Assembly (NCBI GenBank): GCA_013314755.1
Contig: JABUFA010000018.1
Span: 1,472-65,471 of the forward strand
DNA: 64,000 bases
Source: Chthonomonadia bacterium
GTDB taxonomy: Bacteria; Armatimonadota; HRBIN16
Direction: 5' to 3'
Under the pieces are notes generated by a model. It did no database searches and was not told the origin of the DNA. It was given only the letters and a program-made list of their open reading frames with translations. Shown piece after piece: positions 10,222 through 19,507 of this stretch. Positions within the stretch are counted from its first letter, which is position 1; every line of letters starts with the position of its first letter. The translations under genes were made by a program, and so were the position numbers.

Positions 10222-12699
10222 CTACCGGCGTTGCGCGGGCACGGAGGCTTCTATCTCATACCAGAAGGTCTTCTCGTTGCCGATGGTGAACCTGCCCCCC
10301 GTCACGGGCAGGGTTTTGCCGGTGCGCCTGCCGTGGTGGTCAAGAATGTGCACCTTCGTGGCTCTGATACCTTTCAGCGTCACCGTCGCCCTCACCGGCT
10401 CCAGCAGAATGGGCGGCTTGCCCTCGTCCAACAGAGAGGTTCGCGAGGGGTTGTACTTCTGCTCGCTGTTTTCGGCACGCGCTACCGCCGTGAGCAGAAT
10501 ACGCCTCGACTGGCTCAGCGGGCGGTCATCCAGACTGGTCAATACCACCTGGCAGAAGGGCGTTTGCGCTTCAATGCGCACGTTCTGGCACTCGGCAGGT
10601 TTGCCCCCGATGAAACCGACCGCCCCCTGCGTGCGCGGCGCATTGACCGTAAATACACCATCCCGCGACCACCTCAGCAACTCATGCTGGCTGGCAAAGT
10701 TGTCAGTGGGTACGGCGGGCACGGGCTTTGCGGGAGCATCTTTCTGGCACGCCACGCGCTGTATCAGCATCAGTCCGCCCGGCACGGTGTCGCCCATCGG
10801 GCGTAACAGCCAATCGTCGGCATCTTTAAAGGAGTAGATATACGTGCTGGGGGTAGGCGGAACGTCGTTGCGCAGGAATATTAGCGCGGCGGGAATCCGT
10901 GCCGCCATCACGTGCGGTTTGTTGCCCACGTTGAAACTGCCCTCCATGCGCGGCGCCCAGTCGCCACCAGAGTAGTCAAACTGCAGTAAGCCGTCCCAGT
11001 CCTGCATGGAGCCGTACGCCGCCATCAGCACGGGCGCCTCGGCAATCCATTCGTTCATCCAGCAGTTGTTCCACTCGGTGACGATGAACGGAAGCCCTTC
11101 CACCTGCTGACGCCCCATCCATGTTATGGTGGAGCCTGCCGGCTGTTTCAACATGGGGCTGTTGTTGAAGCGGTTGGTCGGTGAGTAGCCGCCCTGCGGA
11201 TGGTCCCAGTAGGCGTGGCGGTCAATGTAATCCAGCTGAGCGTTGGAAAGCACGTCGCCAATCCAGTTCTCCCAGTGATTGCTGCCCGCGATGGGCACTT
11301 TCACGCCAATGGAGCGCAGATAGTCGTGAATCTCCTTGAACGTGGAGGTCTGCAGTTCGTACAGAAATCGCCCAACGGTAGTGTTGCGCGCGCGGAGCAG
11401 GTCAGGCACGCTTCCTTCGGGGCGAGGGATACCTTTCCTGTTGCACCAATCGGTAAACAGGTCGTTGATTTCCTGAATGTACGAGGGAGGCAGGGTGCTG
11501 TATCCGCCCACCCAGAACAGCGTGCTCTCGTTGATAATCTCCATCATGGCGATGGTTGGCTCGTCCACGTAGCGCGTTTTGGTGTAGGGGTTGTAATGGG
11601 TCAGCAGGTCATGCGCATACTTCTTCTGCAGCTCAATCAGCCGACGGTTATAGTGCGCGGCGATTTTCGCGCCGTTTTCCAGCGTTTCCCAGTCGCGCAC
11701 GCCATCATCACGCAGGAACTTACGGTGCACCAGCAGGTCCATGTAGATGTAGATGCCGTGCTTTTTGCACTGGTAGATGAAGTAATCCAGCCTGTCCAGC
11801 ATCTCGGGCGAAAGGTTGAGCGTGCTGGTGGGGTGGTTGCCGAAGATGTTCGGCTGTGCCCAGCTGGCGTCCATATGGTGCAGGCGTACCATGTTACAGC
11901 CGAACTTAGCCAGGCGTGCCGCGGTGCGCTCCGCAGTGGTCTTATCCATGAACACGTTGCCGGCCACGATGTTCACGCCCCAGAAGCGCACGGGAGTGCC
12001 GTCCTTAAAAACAAACCTGCCGTCTTTCACCGTTAAGAAACCGTGTTTGCCCGCGGGGCGATGCAGATAGCGCGACAGGTCAACCACCGCCGGCTTCGTG
12101 TAATTGTCCGGCGAGCTGTCCAAGGGATACCAGTCGCGGGTATCGGTTTGGGACATAGTAATCGGTTCAAGGGGATTGCCCTGCATATCGTACGCCTCCA
12201 ATCGTAAGTCGTCGTACCATGCGGTGCCGGTGGCATTGTGCAAGCCCGCAATCAGCGACACGCGCACCGCACCTCTCGGCACTTCATAGTCCCGGGAGTA
12301 AAATGTCCAGTCGGTGGTACCATCAATGTCGAAACCGGGCGGATAGCCGCCTACCAGCTCTCCGTTCGCGTCGTAAAAGAGAACCTGCAGGCGTGACTTT
12401 TCCCAGGGATTGGCGCCCATCTTCACGTTCTGCGTGCGCATCCAGCCAGAGAGGCGCACACGCACTGTACCTTTGGGCAGGATGGCATCCTGCCCTGCTA
12501 CCACCCACGATGACGAGTTCACGGTAATGCGCAGGCAAGCCTGTCCCTCCTTCGCGTTCTCGCGCACAACCTGCGCCTCACCGGGCAATGACCAGCCGAG
12601 CCGGTCTCGTTCGAAATTGCCGTTCAGGAGCATGTTTGGCGCAGAAGCAAGAGGTAAAGCCATGCATAGAAGGCTCACAATCGCCCAGAACCTCATCAT
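10222..12699 (-). CDS. secreted carbohydrate-binding module (CBM4/9-like) + glycoside hydrolase family 5 protein
   Basis: Start set at the ATGATG at 12699, preceded by a GGAGG SD, giving signal peptide MMRFWAIVSLLCMALPLASA. CBM signature LLNGNFE...WYDDLRLE. GH5-like acid/base EIINES and nucleophile FIVTEWNN. Confidence 0.75.
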   Translation of the reverse strand: MMRFWAIVSLLCMALPLASAPNMLLNGNFERDRLGWSLPGEAQVVRENAKEGQACLRITVNSSSWVVAGQDAILPKGTVRVRLSGWMRTQNVKMGANPWEKSRLQVLFYDANGELVGGYPPGFDIDGTTDWTFYSRDYEVPRGAVRVSLIAGLHNATGTAWYDDLRLEAYDMQGNPLEPITMSQTDTRDWYPLDSSPDNYTKPAVVDLSRYLHRPAGKHGFLTVKDGRFVFKDGTPVRFWGVNIVAGNVFMDKTTAERTAARLAKFGCNMVRLHHMDASWAQPNIFGNHPTSTLNLSPEMLDRLDYFIYQCKKHGIYIYMDLLVHRKFLRDDGVRDWETLENGAKIAAHYNRRLIELQKKYAHDLLTHYNPYTKTRYVDEPTIAMMEIINESTLFWVGGYSTLPPSYIQEINDLFTDWCNRKGIPRPEGSVPDLLRARNTTVGRFLYELQTSTFKEIHDYLRSIGVKVPIAGSNHWENWIGDVLSNAQLDYIDRHAYWDHPQGGYSPTNRFNNSPMLKQPAGSTITWMGRQQVEGLPFIVTEWNNCWMNEWIAEAPVLMAAYGSMQDWDGLLQFDYSGGDWAPRMEGSFNVGNKPHVMAARIPAALIFLRNDVPPTPSTYIYSFKDADDWLLRPMGDTVPGGLMLIQRVACQKDAPAKPVPAVPTDNFASQHELLRWSRDGVFTVNAPRTQGAVGFIGGKPAECQNVRIEAQTPFCQVVLTSLDDRPLSQSRRILLTAVARAENSEQKYNPSRTSLLDEGKPPILLEPVRATVTLKGIRATKVHILDHHGRRTGKTLPVTGGRFTIGNEKTFWYEIEASVPAQRR

Positions 12700-12781
12700 T
12701 TCGCCTCCTCTTAAACGTTTCAGCGAAAGATTTCGGTATCGGTAGGAAGATTCCTGCCGGCTGATGGTTTTGGACCAGCTT

Positions 12782-13200
12782 TGGAGTGCTGAAGCTTGCT
12801 TCAGCAACCCCCAACCTGCGCCAGCAGCTTTTATTGTGCGTAGCCTGCGACTTTCAGTCGCAAGGTTGCCTTAAAAGCACCCCTGCAACTGGAAGTTGCG
12901 GGCTACCCATGACGAAGCCTCCTTCGGAGGCTGACCTTTTTGGAGTGCTGAAGCTTGCTTCAGCAACCCCCAACCTGCGCCAGCAGGTTTTGTTGTGCGT
13001 AGCCTGCGACTTTCAGTCGCAAGGGCAGAAAAGGGTGGTAGGGGGAGGCATCTGCTGAAGCATGGCTTCAGCACTCCATATCTGTTTCAGCAGGTTTCGT
13101 TCTGTGTAGCCTGCGATTTCAAATCGCAAGGGCAGAAAAGGGTGGTGGGGGGAGGCATCTGCTGAAGCATGGCTTCAGCACTCCATATCTGCTTCAGCAG
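12782..13200. repeat. intergenic array of direct and inverted repeats (two copies of an approximately 85-bp unit A and two of an approximately 75-bp unit B, each containing a GCTGAAGC-nnn-GCTTCAGC hairpin)
   Basis: Unit A, TGGAGTGCTGAAGCTTGCTTCAGCAACCCCCAACCTGCGCCAGCAG...GTAGCCTGCGACTTTCAGTCGCAAGG, occurs at about 12782-12866 and 12942-13024. Unit B, GCAAGGGCAGAAAAGGGTGGT.GGGGGAGGCATCTGCTGAAGCATGGCTTCAGCACTCCATATCTG.TTCAGCAG, occurs at about 13018-13093 and 13126-13200. The hairpin arm in B is the reverse complement of the arm in A. Confidence 0.75.
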
Positions 13201-13209
13201 AGATTCTCG

Positions 13210-13239
13210 TTGACCTGAGATCTCGTTTTCGCGTAGAAT
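13210..13239 (+). promoter_or_regulatory. sigma70-like promoter (TTGACC-18-TAGAAT) giving a leaderless or near-leaderless mRNA for the 13249 gene
   Basis: TTGACC at 13210-13215, 18-nt spacer, TAGAAT at 13234-13239. The ATG lies only 10 nt after the -10 and there is no SD. Confidence 0.5.
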
Positions 13240-13248
13240 AGAAGTACC

Positions 13249-13845
13249 ATGTCAACCACCAGCGTGCCCAGGCAGGAATCATGGCGTGCGCTGTGGGAGT
13301 ATCGGCAGATGCTTGCCCGGTGCACCGATGAGGAGCTGCAGGACGTCTACTTTCATATCGACGTATTGCAGTACCCGGAGAGGTATCGCGCCATTCTGGA
13401 CGAGCTGGCACGCCGGGGTCTGCGTCCCGTTTCGGGCGTAGAGCCTCAGATTGTTCCAGTCAACATTCCCGAACAGGTTCGGGCTTTACCTGTTTTGAGG
13501 AAGCATCCCGTGCTCGCGAGCGCTGTGGCATCGCTGTTGCTCACGGTGTACACCGCCTGCGTAACATTCGTCTTCTGTCTGCCGATTTATCTGCTGGCAG
13601 TGCCTCTGAAGGCGTTGAACCAGCAAAGCGCATTTTTCTATCTGCTTTTCTTTCCGTTCGCTCCGCTCTCCGCCGCGGGCTTTGGCAGAAGAGCAGGGGG
13701 CACACGCTGGTACACCGCGGCAGTGCTGATAGGAGTGGCGCTGGGCGTCCTGCTGTTTGCAGGTACAGGCACGCTCCACACAGTGGTGCAGGCGCTGTTC
13801 CGTTCGGGCGGTGCGGGAGGGTTCTCCTTGCCTGCGGCGTATTGA
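13249..13845 (+). CDS. hypothetical membrane protein
   Basis: 198 aa. Soluble N-terminal roughly 75 aa, then 3-4 hydrophobic helices. No known domain. Confidence 0.5.
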   Translation: MSTTSVPRQESWRALWEYRQMLARCTDEELQDVYFHIDVLQYPERYRAILDELARRGLRPVSGVEPQIVPVNIPEQVRALPVLRKHPVLASAVASLLLTVYTACVTFVFCLPIYLLAVPLKALNQQSAFFYLLFFPFAPLSAAGFGRRAGGTRWYTAAVLIGVALGVLLFAGTGTLHTVVQALFRSGGAGGFSLPAAY

Positions 13846-13850
13846 CCGGC

Positions 13851-13879
13851 TTGATTTTTAACCTGCACTCCCGTATAAT
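13851..13879 (+). promoter_or_regulatory. sigma70-like promoter (TTGATT-17-TATAAT) for the Ig-repeat gene
   Basis: TTGATT at 13851-13856, 17-nt spacer, TATAAT at 13874-13879. A 78-nt leader ends in an AAGAGG SD 9 nt before the ATG at 13958. Confidence 0.55.
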
Positions 13880-13957
13880 TGCGATAGGGAGGGCGCGAGA
13901 CAACGGGCTGGTGTTTTCCTGTCTTTTCGCTTATTCCTGAAAGACAAGAGGTAGCCA

Positions 13958-15493
13958 TTGATGCCTGCCAGCACTACTATAGAACTCAAGTTATCGCAAG
14001 ACGAGATTAAAATAGAGCCCGGGGGCACAGCCCAGCTGCAGGTGGAGCTTGTCAATACCTCCGACCAGCCCGATACCATCGGCTTGGAGGTCGAGGGGCT
14101 CGATTATGAATGGGTTGCCATACCGGTGCCCACTGTCACCCTGAACGCCCGTGCCAGGGGCAGTGAAAAGATTCTGCTGAAAGTGCCCCGGCGCAGTGAA
14201 AGCACTGCGGGAGCCTATCCCTTTGTGGTGCGTGCGCGTTCGCTGGAGACAGGGGCAACCGCTGTGGCGCCTGCTACGCTGGTGATAGAACCGTTCGCTG
14301 CGCTTTCCGTCGAGCTGTATCCCCGGCGCAGTGTGTGCACCTACTGGCGCCCGACCACAGAGTTCGAGGTCACTGTGCACAACCTGGGGAATACGCCGCT
14401 GGATGTGCGCCTGTATGCAAACGATCCCGATGACGTGGGGGTATACACGTTTGACCGCGAGGTGCTCACCCTGCAGGCAGGCGCGTCGGAAAAGGTCGTG
14501 TTGAGTGCGGAGCCGTCGCGCCGGACGATGGTTGGGCGCGGCCAAATTGCCTCTTTCACGGTCACCGCACGCTGTGTGGAGAACGCGTACATCGTCGGGC
14601 ATACGCAGGGGCAGCTGGATACGCGACCGCTGATTTCTCCTGTTACCCTCAGTACGCTCGCCCTCCTGCTTGTCCTGCTGAGTGTCTGGGCGTTCACCCG
14701 CCCGAAACCGGTGGAGGTGCTGGAGTTTGCGGTGGAGCCTTCCACTATTCAGCAGGGCGGCACGGCGGTCATTCGCTGGCACGTCGCTAACGCCTCCGAA
14801 ATCAGCATTACTCCCGACATCGGGCTGGTGAAGGAGAGTGTCGGCAGTCGACAGGTGGTCCCCTCACAAACGGTCACTTACCATCTGGTAGCGCGAGGCA
14901 GAGGGGGCGTTGTGGAGAAAGATGTCGTGCTGACCGTTTTGCCCGCTCCCGAGCCGCCTCCGCCGGCGATACTGTCGTTCAAGGCAGAACCTGCCCAGGT
15001 GACGAAAGGCGATCCGGTTACCCTCAGCTGGCAGGTGCAGAACGCCACCAAGCTCCTGCTCAGCCCCATCGGGGAGCTGGACCCTCTGCTCACCTCGGTG
15101 CGGGATACGCCTGCCACCACGACCACCTATACGCTGGTTGCCATCAACACCGCGGGGCGAAAGGTGGAAAAGAAGCTGACGGTAAAGGTACACGACCCGA
15201 ACGCGCTGGAGGTGCTGGAGTTCAAAGCGGAGCCTTCGGTCATCACTGCAGGAGGTAGTGTGACCCTGCGCTGGCGTGTACAGGCGGCTTCACGGGTGGT
15301 AATAGACAACGGCGTCGGGGAGGTCAGCCCCCAGGGCGAAACCACCGTCTCACCGATGCAGGATACCACCTATACCCTCACTGCCACCAACGATGCCGGG
15401 CAGGTAGTAACCAAAAGCGTTCGAGTGACGGTGACCAGCACGCCACCAGTGAGTACACCGCCGCCGGTGAATCCGGCTCAGCCCGGCAATTAG
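13958..15493 (+). CDS. membrane-anchored protein with two N-terminal beta-sandwich (CARDB/NEW3-like) domains, one TM helix and three tandem extracellular Ig-like repeats
   Basis: TM segment LSTLALLLVLLSVWAF at about aa 230-246. Three repeats of about 76-90 aa (DNA about 14714-15433) share EVLEF.AEPS.I..GG...L.W.V.NA......IG.V...T.TY.L.A.N..G. Pro/Thr-rich C-terminal tail. Confidence 0.65.
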   Translation: MMPASTTIELKLSQDEIKIEPGGTAQLQVELVNTSDQPDTIGLEVEGLDYEWVAIPVPTVTLNARARGSEKILLKVPRRSESTAGAYPFVVRARSLETGATAVAPATLVIEPFAALSVELYPRRSVCTYWRPTTEFEVTVHNLGNTPLDVRLYANDPDDVGVYTFDREVLTLQAGASEKVVLSAEPSRRTMVGRGQIASFTVTARCVENAYIVGHTQGQLDTRPLISPVTLSTLALLLVLLSVWAFTRPKPVEVLEFAVEPSTIQQGGTAVIRWHVANASEISITPDIGLVKESVGSRQVVPSQTVTYHLVARGRGGVVEKDVVLTVLPAPEPPPPAILSFKAEPAQVTKGDPVTLSWQVQNATKLLLSPIGELDPLLTSVRDTPATTTTYTLVAINTAGRKVEKKLTVKVHDPNALEVLEFKAEPSVITAGGSVTLRWRVQAASRVVIDNGVGEVSPQGETTVSPMQDTTYTLTATNDAGQVVTKSVRVTVTSTPPVSTPPPVNPAQPGN

Positions 15494-16692
15494 CGAGGGG
15501 ACGCGCCGACAGACTTCACGAGGCGAACGGGACCACTGCTGGCAAGCTGATACCAGCCGTCTTTTGGCAGGCGCCACGCCTCCTGCGTCCCATTCCACCT
15601 GCTGGTTTCCATGCGCAGGATGGTCTTTTGGTCGGCTGTCTGTACCTGCCACCGCCCGGCAGACAGCCACACACGCATATCGCCGCCGACAGGGGAGAGG
15701 TGCACCTCGTCGGCTTCCCGTATTGCCTCGGTGAACGCTTTCCAGAGCGCAGAGGGCTGAGGTTCGGTCAGCCGGGCAAAGGTCGCCCGCAGGGTGTTGC
15801 TTCCATAAACGGCGTCAATGTACAGCGCCAGTCCGATCAGCGCGCCCATGCCGACGGCATCTCTTTGGTGGAAATCCTCTTGAGGAAAACCGTTGCTTGC
15901 CCAGCGGTTGCGCAAGGGCAAACAGCGTTGCTGGACAAACTGGCGAATGTCCTGCAGGCTGGCGCCGCAGAGGTCGTCGCTGGAGATCTGCGCACCGGTC
16001 GCTTCCAGCCATGTCATGAAGAGCCGCTCGCCCATATAGCCGTTTGCCCAAGGCTCCGGAGCGGTGTAGCCCGTGATGCCCGGAAACAGCGCGTGCGAGA
16101 ACTCGTGTGCAACCTCGCGAAGCCACTCTATAGGATGCTGGATGCTCTGAATCGAGTAGATGTACAGGTTATTTCGCCACTGTTCACCACCCGGGTTGCC
16201 CTGCCGACAGAGCCAGACATTCAGCACTCGCTCTCCCTGAAGGTTCACCTGCAGGCGCAGCCTGTGCCACGCGATTTGCTGAAGCCGGAGAAGCAGACGA
16301 CATACCTGTTGCGCTCTCGGCAGGTCGTCCACCTGCTGAGCATACACCCGAAACCGCAGCTCCGGCTGAGACAGGTACTCGTTGCGGAAATAGCCATAAC
16401 AGGCGACAGTGAACTGCCAGCCGTGTTTGGGATCGGTCCGTGAGAGGGATTGCCCACTCAGGCGAGGCGTGAGGATAACCGCCTCGGTGCGAAGACCTGC
16501 ATCAGGGAGTACCTGTGTTTCAAAAGATGGAACATTCGCCGGGATGGTAACGGAAGCAGGGGGAGAGGGATGCTCCGTATCGGGAGCGGCTCTGCCCCCT
16601 GCAATACACAACCACCCGATAATCAGGGCGAGAGCCACTCCTCGGTAGCGGCAAAAGCGTTGTGGTTGTGGATCGACTCTATCGATTCGCAT
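15490..16692 (-). CDS. secreted hypothetical protein with an HExxH zinc-metallopeptidase-like motif
   Basis: EVAHEFSHALFPG carries HEFSH. The N-terminus is signal-peptide-like. The stop overlaps the convergent gene's stop by 4 nt (TTAG). The start is uncertain because the annotated ATG overlaps folE2 by 70 nt. Confidence 0.5.
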   Translation of the reverse strand: MRIDRVDPQPQRFCRYRGVALALIIGWLCIAGGRAAPDTEHPSPPASVTIPANVPSFETQVLPDAGLRTEAVILTPRLSGQSLSRTDPKHGWQFTVACYGYFRNEYLSQPELRFRVYAQQVDDLPRAQQVCRLLLRLQQIAWHRLRLQVNLQGERVLNVWLCRQGNPGGEQWRNNLYIYSIQSIQHPIEWLREVAHEFSHALFPGITGYTAPEPWANGYMGERLFMTWLEATGAQISSDDLCGASLQDIRQFVQQRCLPLRNRWASNGFPQEDFHQRDAVGMGALIGLALYIDAVYGSNTLRATFARLTEPQPSALWKAFTEAIREADEVHLSPVGGDMRVWLSAGRWQVQTADQKTILRMETSRWNGTQEAWRLPKDGWYQLASSGPVRLVKSVGASPR

Positions 16693-17444
16693 TCTACCTT
16701 AAACCGTCGGATGCCCGGTAACTGCCTGAGCGCCAGCACCGAGTCCCGAAGCATATCTTCTACAAACTTGGCGTTATCGTAAGCGGATTCGGTAACGAAC
16801 TTCTCGTCCGGTCGCTTCAGTACAGGATACAACGGACTGCTTGCCTGTTCCTCCAGCAGGTTGCAGAGCGACCCCATGTCGATGTCGTGCGTGGCGGGAA
16901 GCAGTTCCAGTTCCGCCCGGATGTACGCTCGCTGGTTGTGCGCACCGTACAGCGCGATTTGTTTACTGCACGGACAAAGGGATTTCACCGGCATATCGAC
17001 GCGCACAAGGCGAGTGCATGTCCCGTTGTCGAGAATAATCTGCCACTCCGCATCGGCGTCCAGCCAGCCTGATGCTCCGGTAATAGGGGCGTACTTGCGC
17101 AGGAAATATTTGAACCGTACGGTCACCTCCGCACGGTCGGCGTCCAGCATGTCTCTGGCACGGTCCAGCATCCGCTGCAGTGCTTGTAGAGTGAGGGGAA
17201 CCTGGGCGGTTTCATCCAGAATCTGCATCAACCGACTCATGTGCGTGCCTTTCCGATTGTGCTGGAGGGATACCGCGAAATCCACCGAGGCGACGGTATG
17301 GAAGACGCCGCCGCTTCCGTCCGCAATCTGAACAGGAATCTGGACACCTCGCACCCCTACTCGGGGGATTGGGACCTGGCGTCGGTCCTCCTGATTCGCC
17401 ACATCCGGGAGCGAAGCCACAAACCTGGTCTCTATCATCCTCAT
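16623..17444 (-). CDS. folE2: GTP cyclohydrolase FolE2 (GTP cyclohydrolase I type 2 / MptA family)
   Basis: 273 aa with the conserved CPCSK metal-binding motif and overall FolE2 similarity (HNHNAFAA near the C-terminus). Confidence 0.8.
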   Translation of the reverse strand: MRMIETRFVASLPDVANQEDRRQVPIPRVGVRGVQIPVQIADGSGGVFHTVASVDFAVSLQHNRKGTHMSRLMQILDETAQVPLTLQALQRMLDRARDMLDADRAEVTVRFKYFLRKYAPITGASGWLDADAEWQIILDNGTCTRLVRVDMPVKSLCPCSKQIALYGAHNQRAYIRAELELLPATHDIDMGSLCNLLEEQASSPLYPVLKRPDEKFVTESAYDNAKFVEDMLRDSVLALRQLPGIRRFKVECESIESIHNHNAFAATEEWLSP

Positions 17445-17503
17445 CTCCGAACGGATAGATTTGTGTGTCTAGAGTACCCGCTGGAACAGGCTCAGGTCAA
17501 CCG

Positions 17504-18613
17504 CTATGGGCGTTTTTTCAGCACTGACTTCCAGAACTGGGCATATTGTCCTGCTACCTGCGCCATACTGAACCGCTGTTCGGCGCGTTCGCGTGCTCGA
17601 CGCGACAGGTCGCTCCACCTGTCGGGGTCCTGTTTGAGAAGAAGCACCTGCTGTGCCAAGCCCGCGGCATCTCCCTCCGCGAAAACGAAGCCGGCATCGC
17701 CAATCACCCGCGGTATCTCGCCGCTGTCGGAGCCGATAACGGGCACGCCACATGCCATTGCTTCCACCAGCACCCGCCCGAACTGCTCTTTCCAGCGCGG
17801 AGTTGTGCGCGAGGGAAGCACCAGCACGTGTAGCTGGCGCAGAAAGTCGGCAACGCGTGTGGAGGGAACTGCGCCCAGCCAGCGGACACGGCTCGCAACG
17901 CCCTGAGATTCCGCAAGTGCCCTCCAACGCGTCTCATCGCCTTCGCCAGCAATCCACAACTCGCAGTCATCCGGGCAGTAGCGCAGGCTCTCCAGCAGGG
18001 TATCAATCCCTTTCGCCGGCACCAGCCTGCCCAGGTATCCGATCCGGAACGGTGGGGAAACAGGAGGACTACCTGGAGAGAACGTTTCCGTGTCCACGCC
18101 GTACTGCGGGATAATTGCCATCGGCAGGTTGAACCCTTTGCGCCTGAGCACCTGCAGAGCATCCGCGTTGCCCGCAATGACTCCGCTCAGTTGCCCGGAG
18201 AGGGCAATCTCGAACCACCGGAACGGAGGCGGATAGCGACGGTAGATGTTCTGCCAGCAGAACGCAACGGTATCCGCATCCACACGCCGAGACATCACCA
18301 CCGCATGGTAGGTAGCGAAGTTATACACCTCCTCGTCGACATGCACGAGGTCGGGGCGAAACTGCCGAAGCAGGCGGGGCAGTTGGGGGGCATAGTACAG
18401 GTGGTACTGTCCATTCCAGCGCAGAGGGGTAACCTCCAGACGGTAACCGTGAGGCTCAACGAGTTCCAGGGGTATTTTGCCCACGCGAGGCTCATTCCAG
18501 AAAGGCGGCACCACAACCAGCAGTTCCGTGATGGCGGGGTGTGCCGAAAGGTGCTCGTACTGTTTGTGGTAGACCGCCCTAATAGCTGCTTTGGAGAACA
18601 AAAGCACCCGCAT
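17504..18613 (-). CDS. glycosyltransferase family 4 protein
   Basis: GT4 E-x7-E region EAMACGVPVIGSDSGEIPRVI and a GT-B fold pattern. Start taken as MRVLLFS, which is M13 of the track ORF (plus or minus 1 nt). Confidence 0.75.
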   Translation of the reverse strand: MRVLLFSKAAIRAVYHKQYEHLSAHPAITELLVVVPPFWNEPRVGKIPLELVEPHGYRLEVTPLRWNGQYHLYYAPQLPRLLRQFRPDLVHVDEEVYNFATYHAVVMSRRVDADTVAFCWQNIYRRYPPPFRWFEIALSGQLSGVIAGNADALQVLRRKGFNLPMAIIPQYGVDTETFSPGSPPVSPPFRIGYLGRLVPAKGIDTLLESLRYCPDDCELWIAGEGDETRWRALAESQGVASRVRWLGAVPSTRVADFLRQLHVLVLPSRTTPRWKEQFGRVLVEAMACGVPVIGSDSGEIPRVIGDAGFVFAEGDAAGLAQQVLLLKQDPDRWSDLSRRARERAEQRFSMAQVAGQYAQFWKSVLKKRP

Positions 18614-18678
18614 CGCTATCAGGCACAGATGTTTGAATAACAGGGGCAACCTGTTTCAGGTTGCCCCCAAACCGTCTG

Positions 18679-19434
18679 CTACCGCGGCGCAGGTGGGCCG
18701 CTGGGCGATGCTGGCATCTGCTGTTCCTTGGCGCCTGCTGGCGGCTTGAACACGAATACCGAGTCGGGCAGATTCGGGTTAATCTGCTGTGACGCGAAGC
18801 TGATGGTAATCGTCTGGGTCAGATTCTGGGTTCCCTGGCTTTGTACACTGCTCAGAGTCAGCTGGCGCAGCAGATAACTTGCTTTGTCGATGAAGGCGGT
18901 CGCCGTCATCTTGAAAGAGATTTTGCCGTCCTGTGATTGCCCAGAGCGGGAAGATTGCAGGACAAACATCGGTTTGCCGCCAACCGTCTGGTCGGCGAGC
19001 TTCTTGGCGCCGGTAGCGAACATTGTCTGCAACTGCGCGCCGATTTGCGATGGGTCGCCAGCACCGGCAGCACCCACACCACCCTGCTGAGCCAGCGAGG
19101 CAGGGGCAGGCGCCTTCATGTACTGCTTTTCCTTTGGCAGGTAGATGTACATGGTCTTTCCGTCGCTGTACACCTGCATACTCTCCCTGCCCTGAACGAT
19201 GGTGACCATTTTGTTCGGGGCTTTATATTTGGTAGTGAGGGTGGTGGACTGCTTCTGCTGCTGTCCGCCCATCTGGCGCGTTTCGGTGATGGACACCTGC
19301 GCCTGGTAGCTCTTCGCGCTCCGGTAGGCAGCTGTCACCTTGCTCAGAATGCTCTGGACATCCTGGGCGTAGCCGGGTGCACTCGCCAGCAGTACAGCTC
19401 CTGCCAGCACGCCAGCGAAAAATCGGGTTCTCAT
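18679..19434 (-). CDS. secreted LolA-like / outer-membrane lipoprotein-sorting-like protein (DUF4412-like)
   Basis: Signal peptide MRTRFFAGVLAGAVLLASAPGYA and a LolA-fold-like beta-rich sequence. Weak family assignment. Confidence 0.5.
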   Translation of the reverse strand: MRTRFFAGVLAGAVLLASAPGYAQDVQSILSKVTAAYRSAKSYQAQVSITETRQMGGQQQKQSTTLTTKYKAPNKMVTIVQGRESMQVYSDGKTMYIYLPKEKQYMKAPAPASLAQQGGVGAAGAGDPSQIGAQLQTMFATGAKKLADQTVGGKPMFVLQSSRSGQSQDGKISFKMTATAFIDKASYLLRQLTLSSVQSQGTQNLTQTITISFASQQINPNLPDSVFVFKPPAGAKEQQMPASPSGPPAPR

Positions 19435-19507
19435 GCGAACGTTACTCCTTCCGGTTGATGCTATAAGAGTATACGCATTTTCGACTCAGGATGTCAAATC
19501 CGCCCCA

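Noticed and set aside
12782-13200. Possible CRISPR array
   Set aside because: The repeated units are long (75-85 bp) and the sequences between hairpins are themselves repeated rather than unique spacers. No cas genes are nearby.
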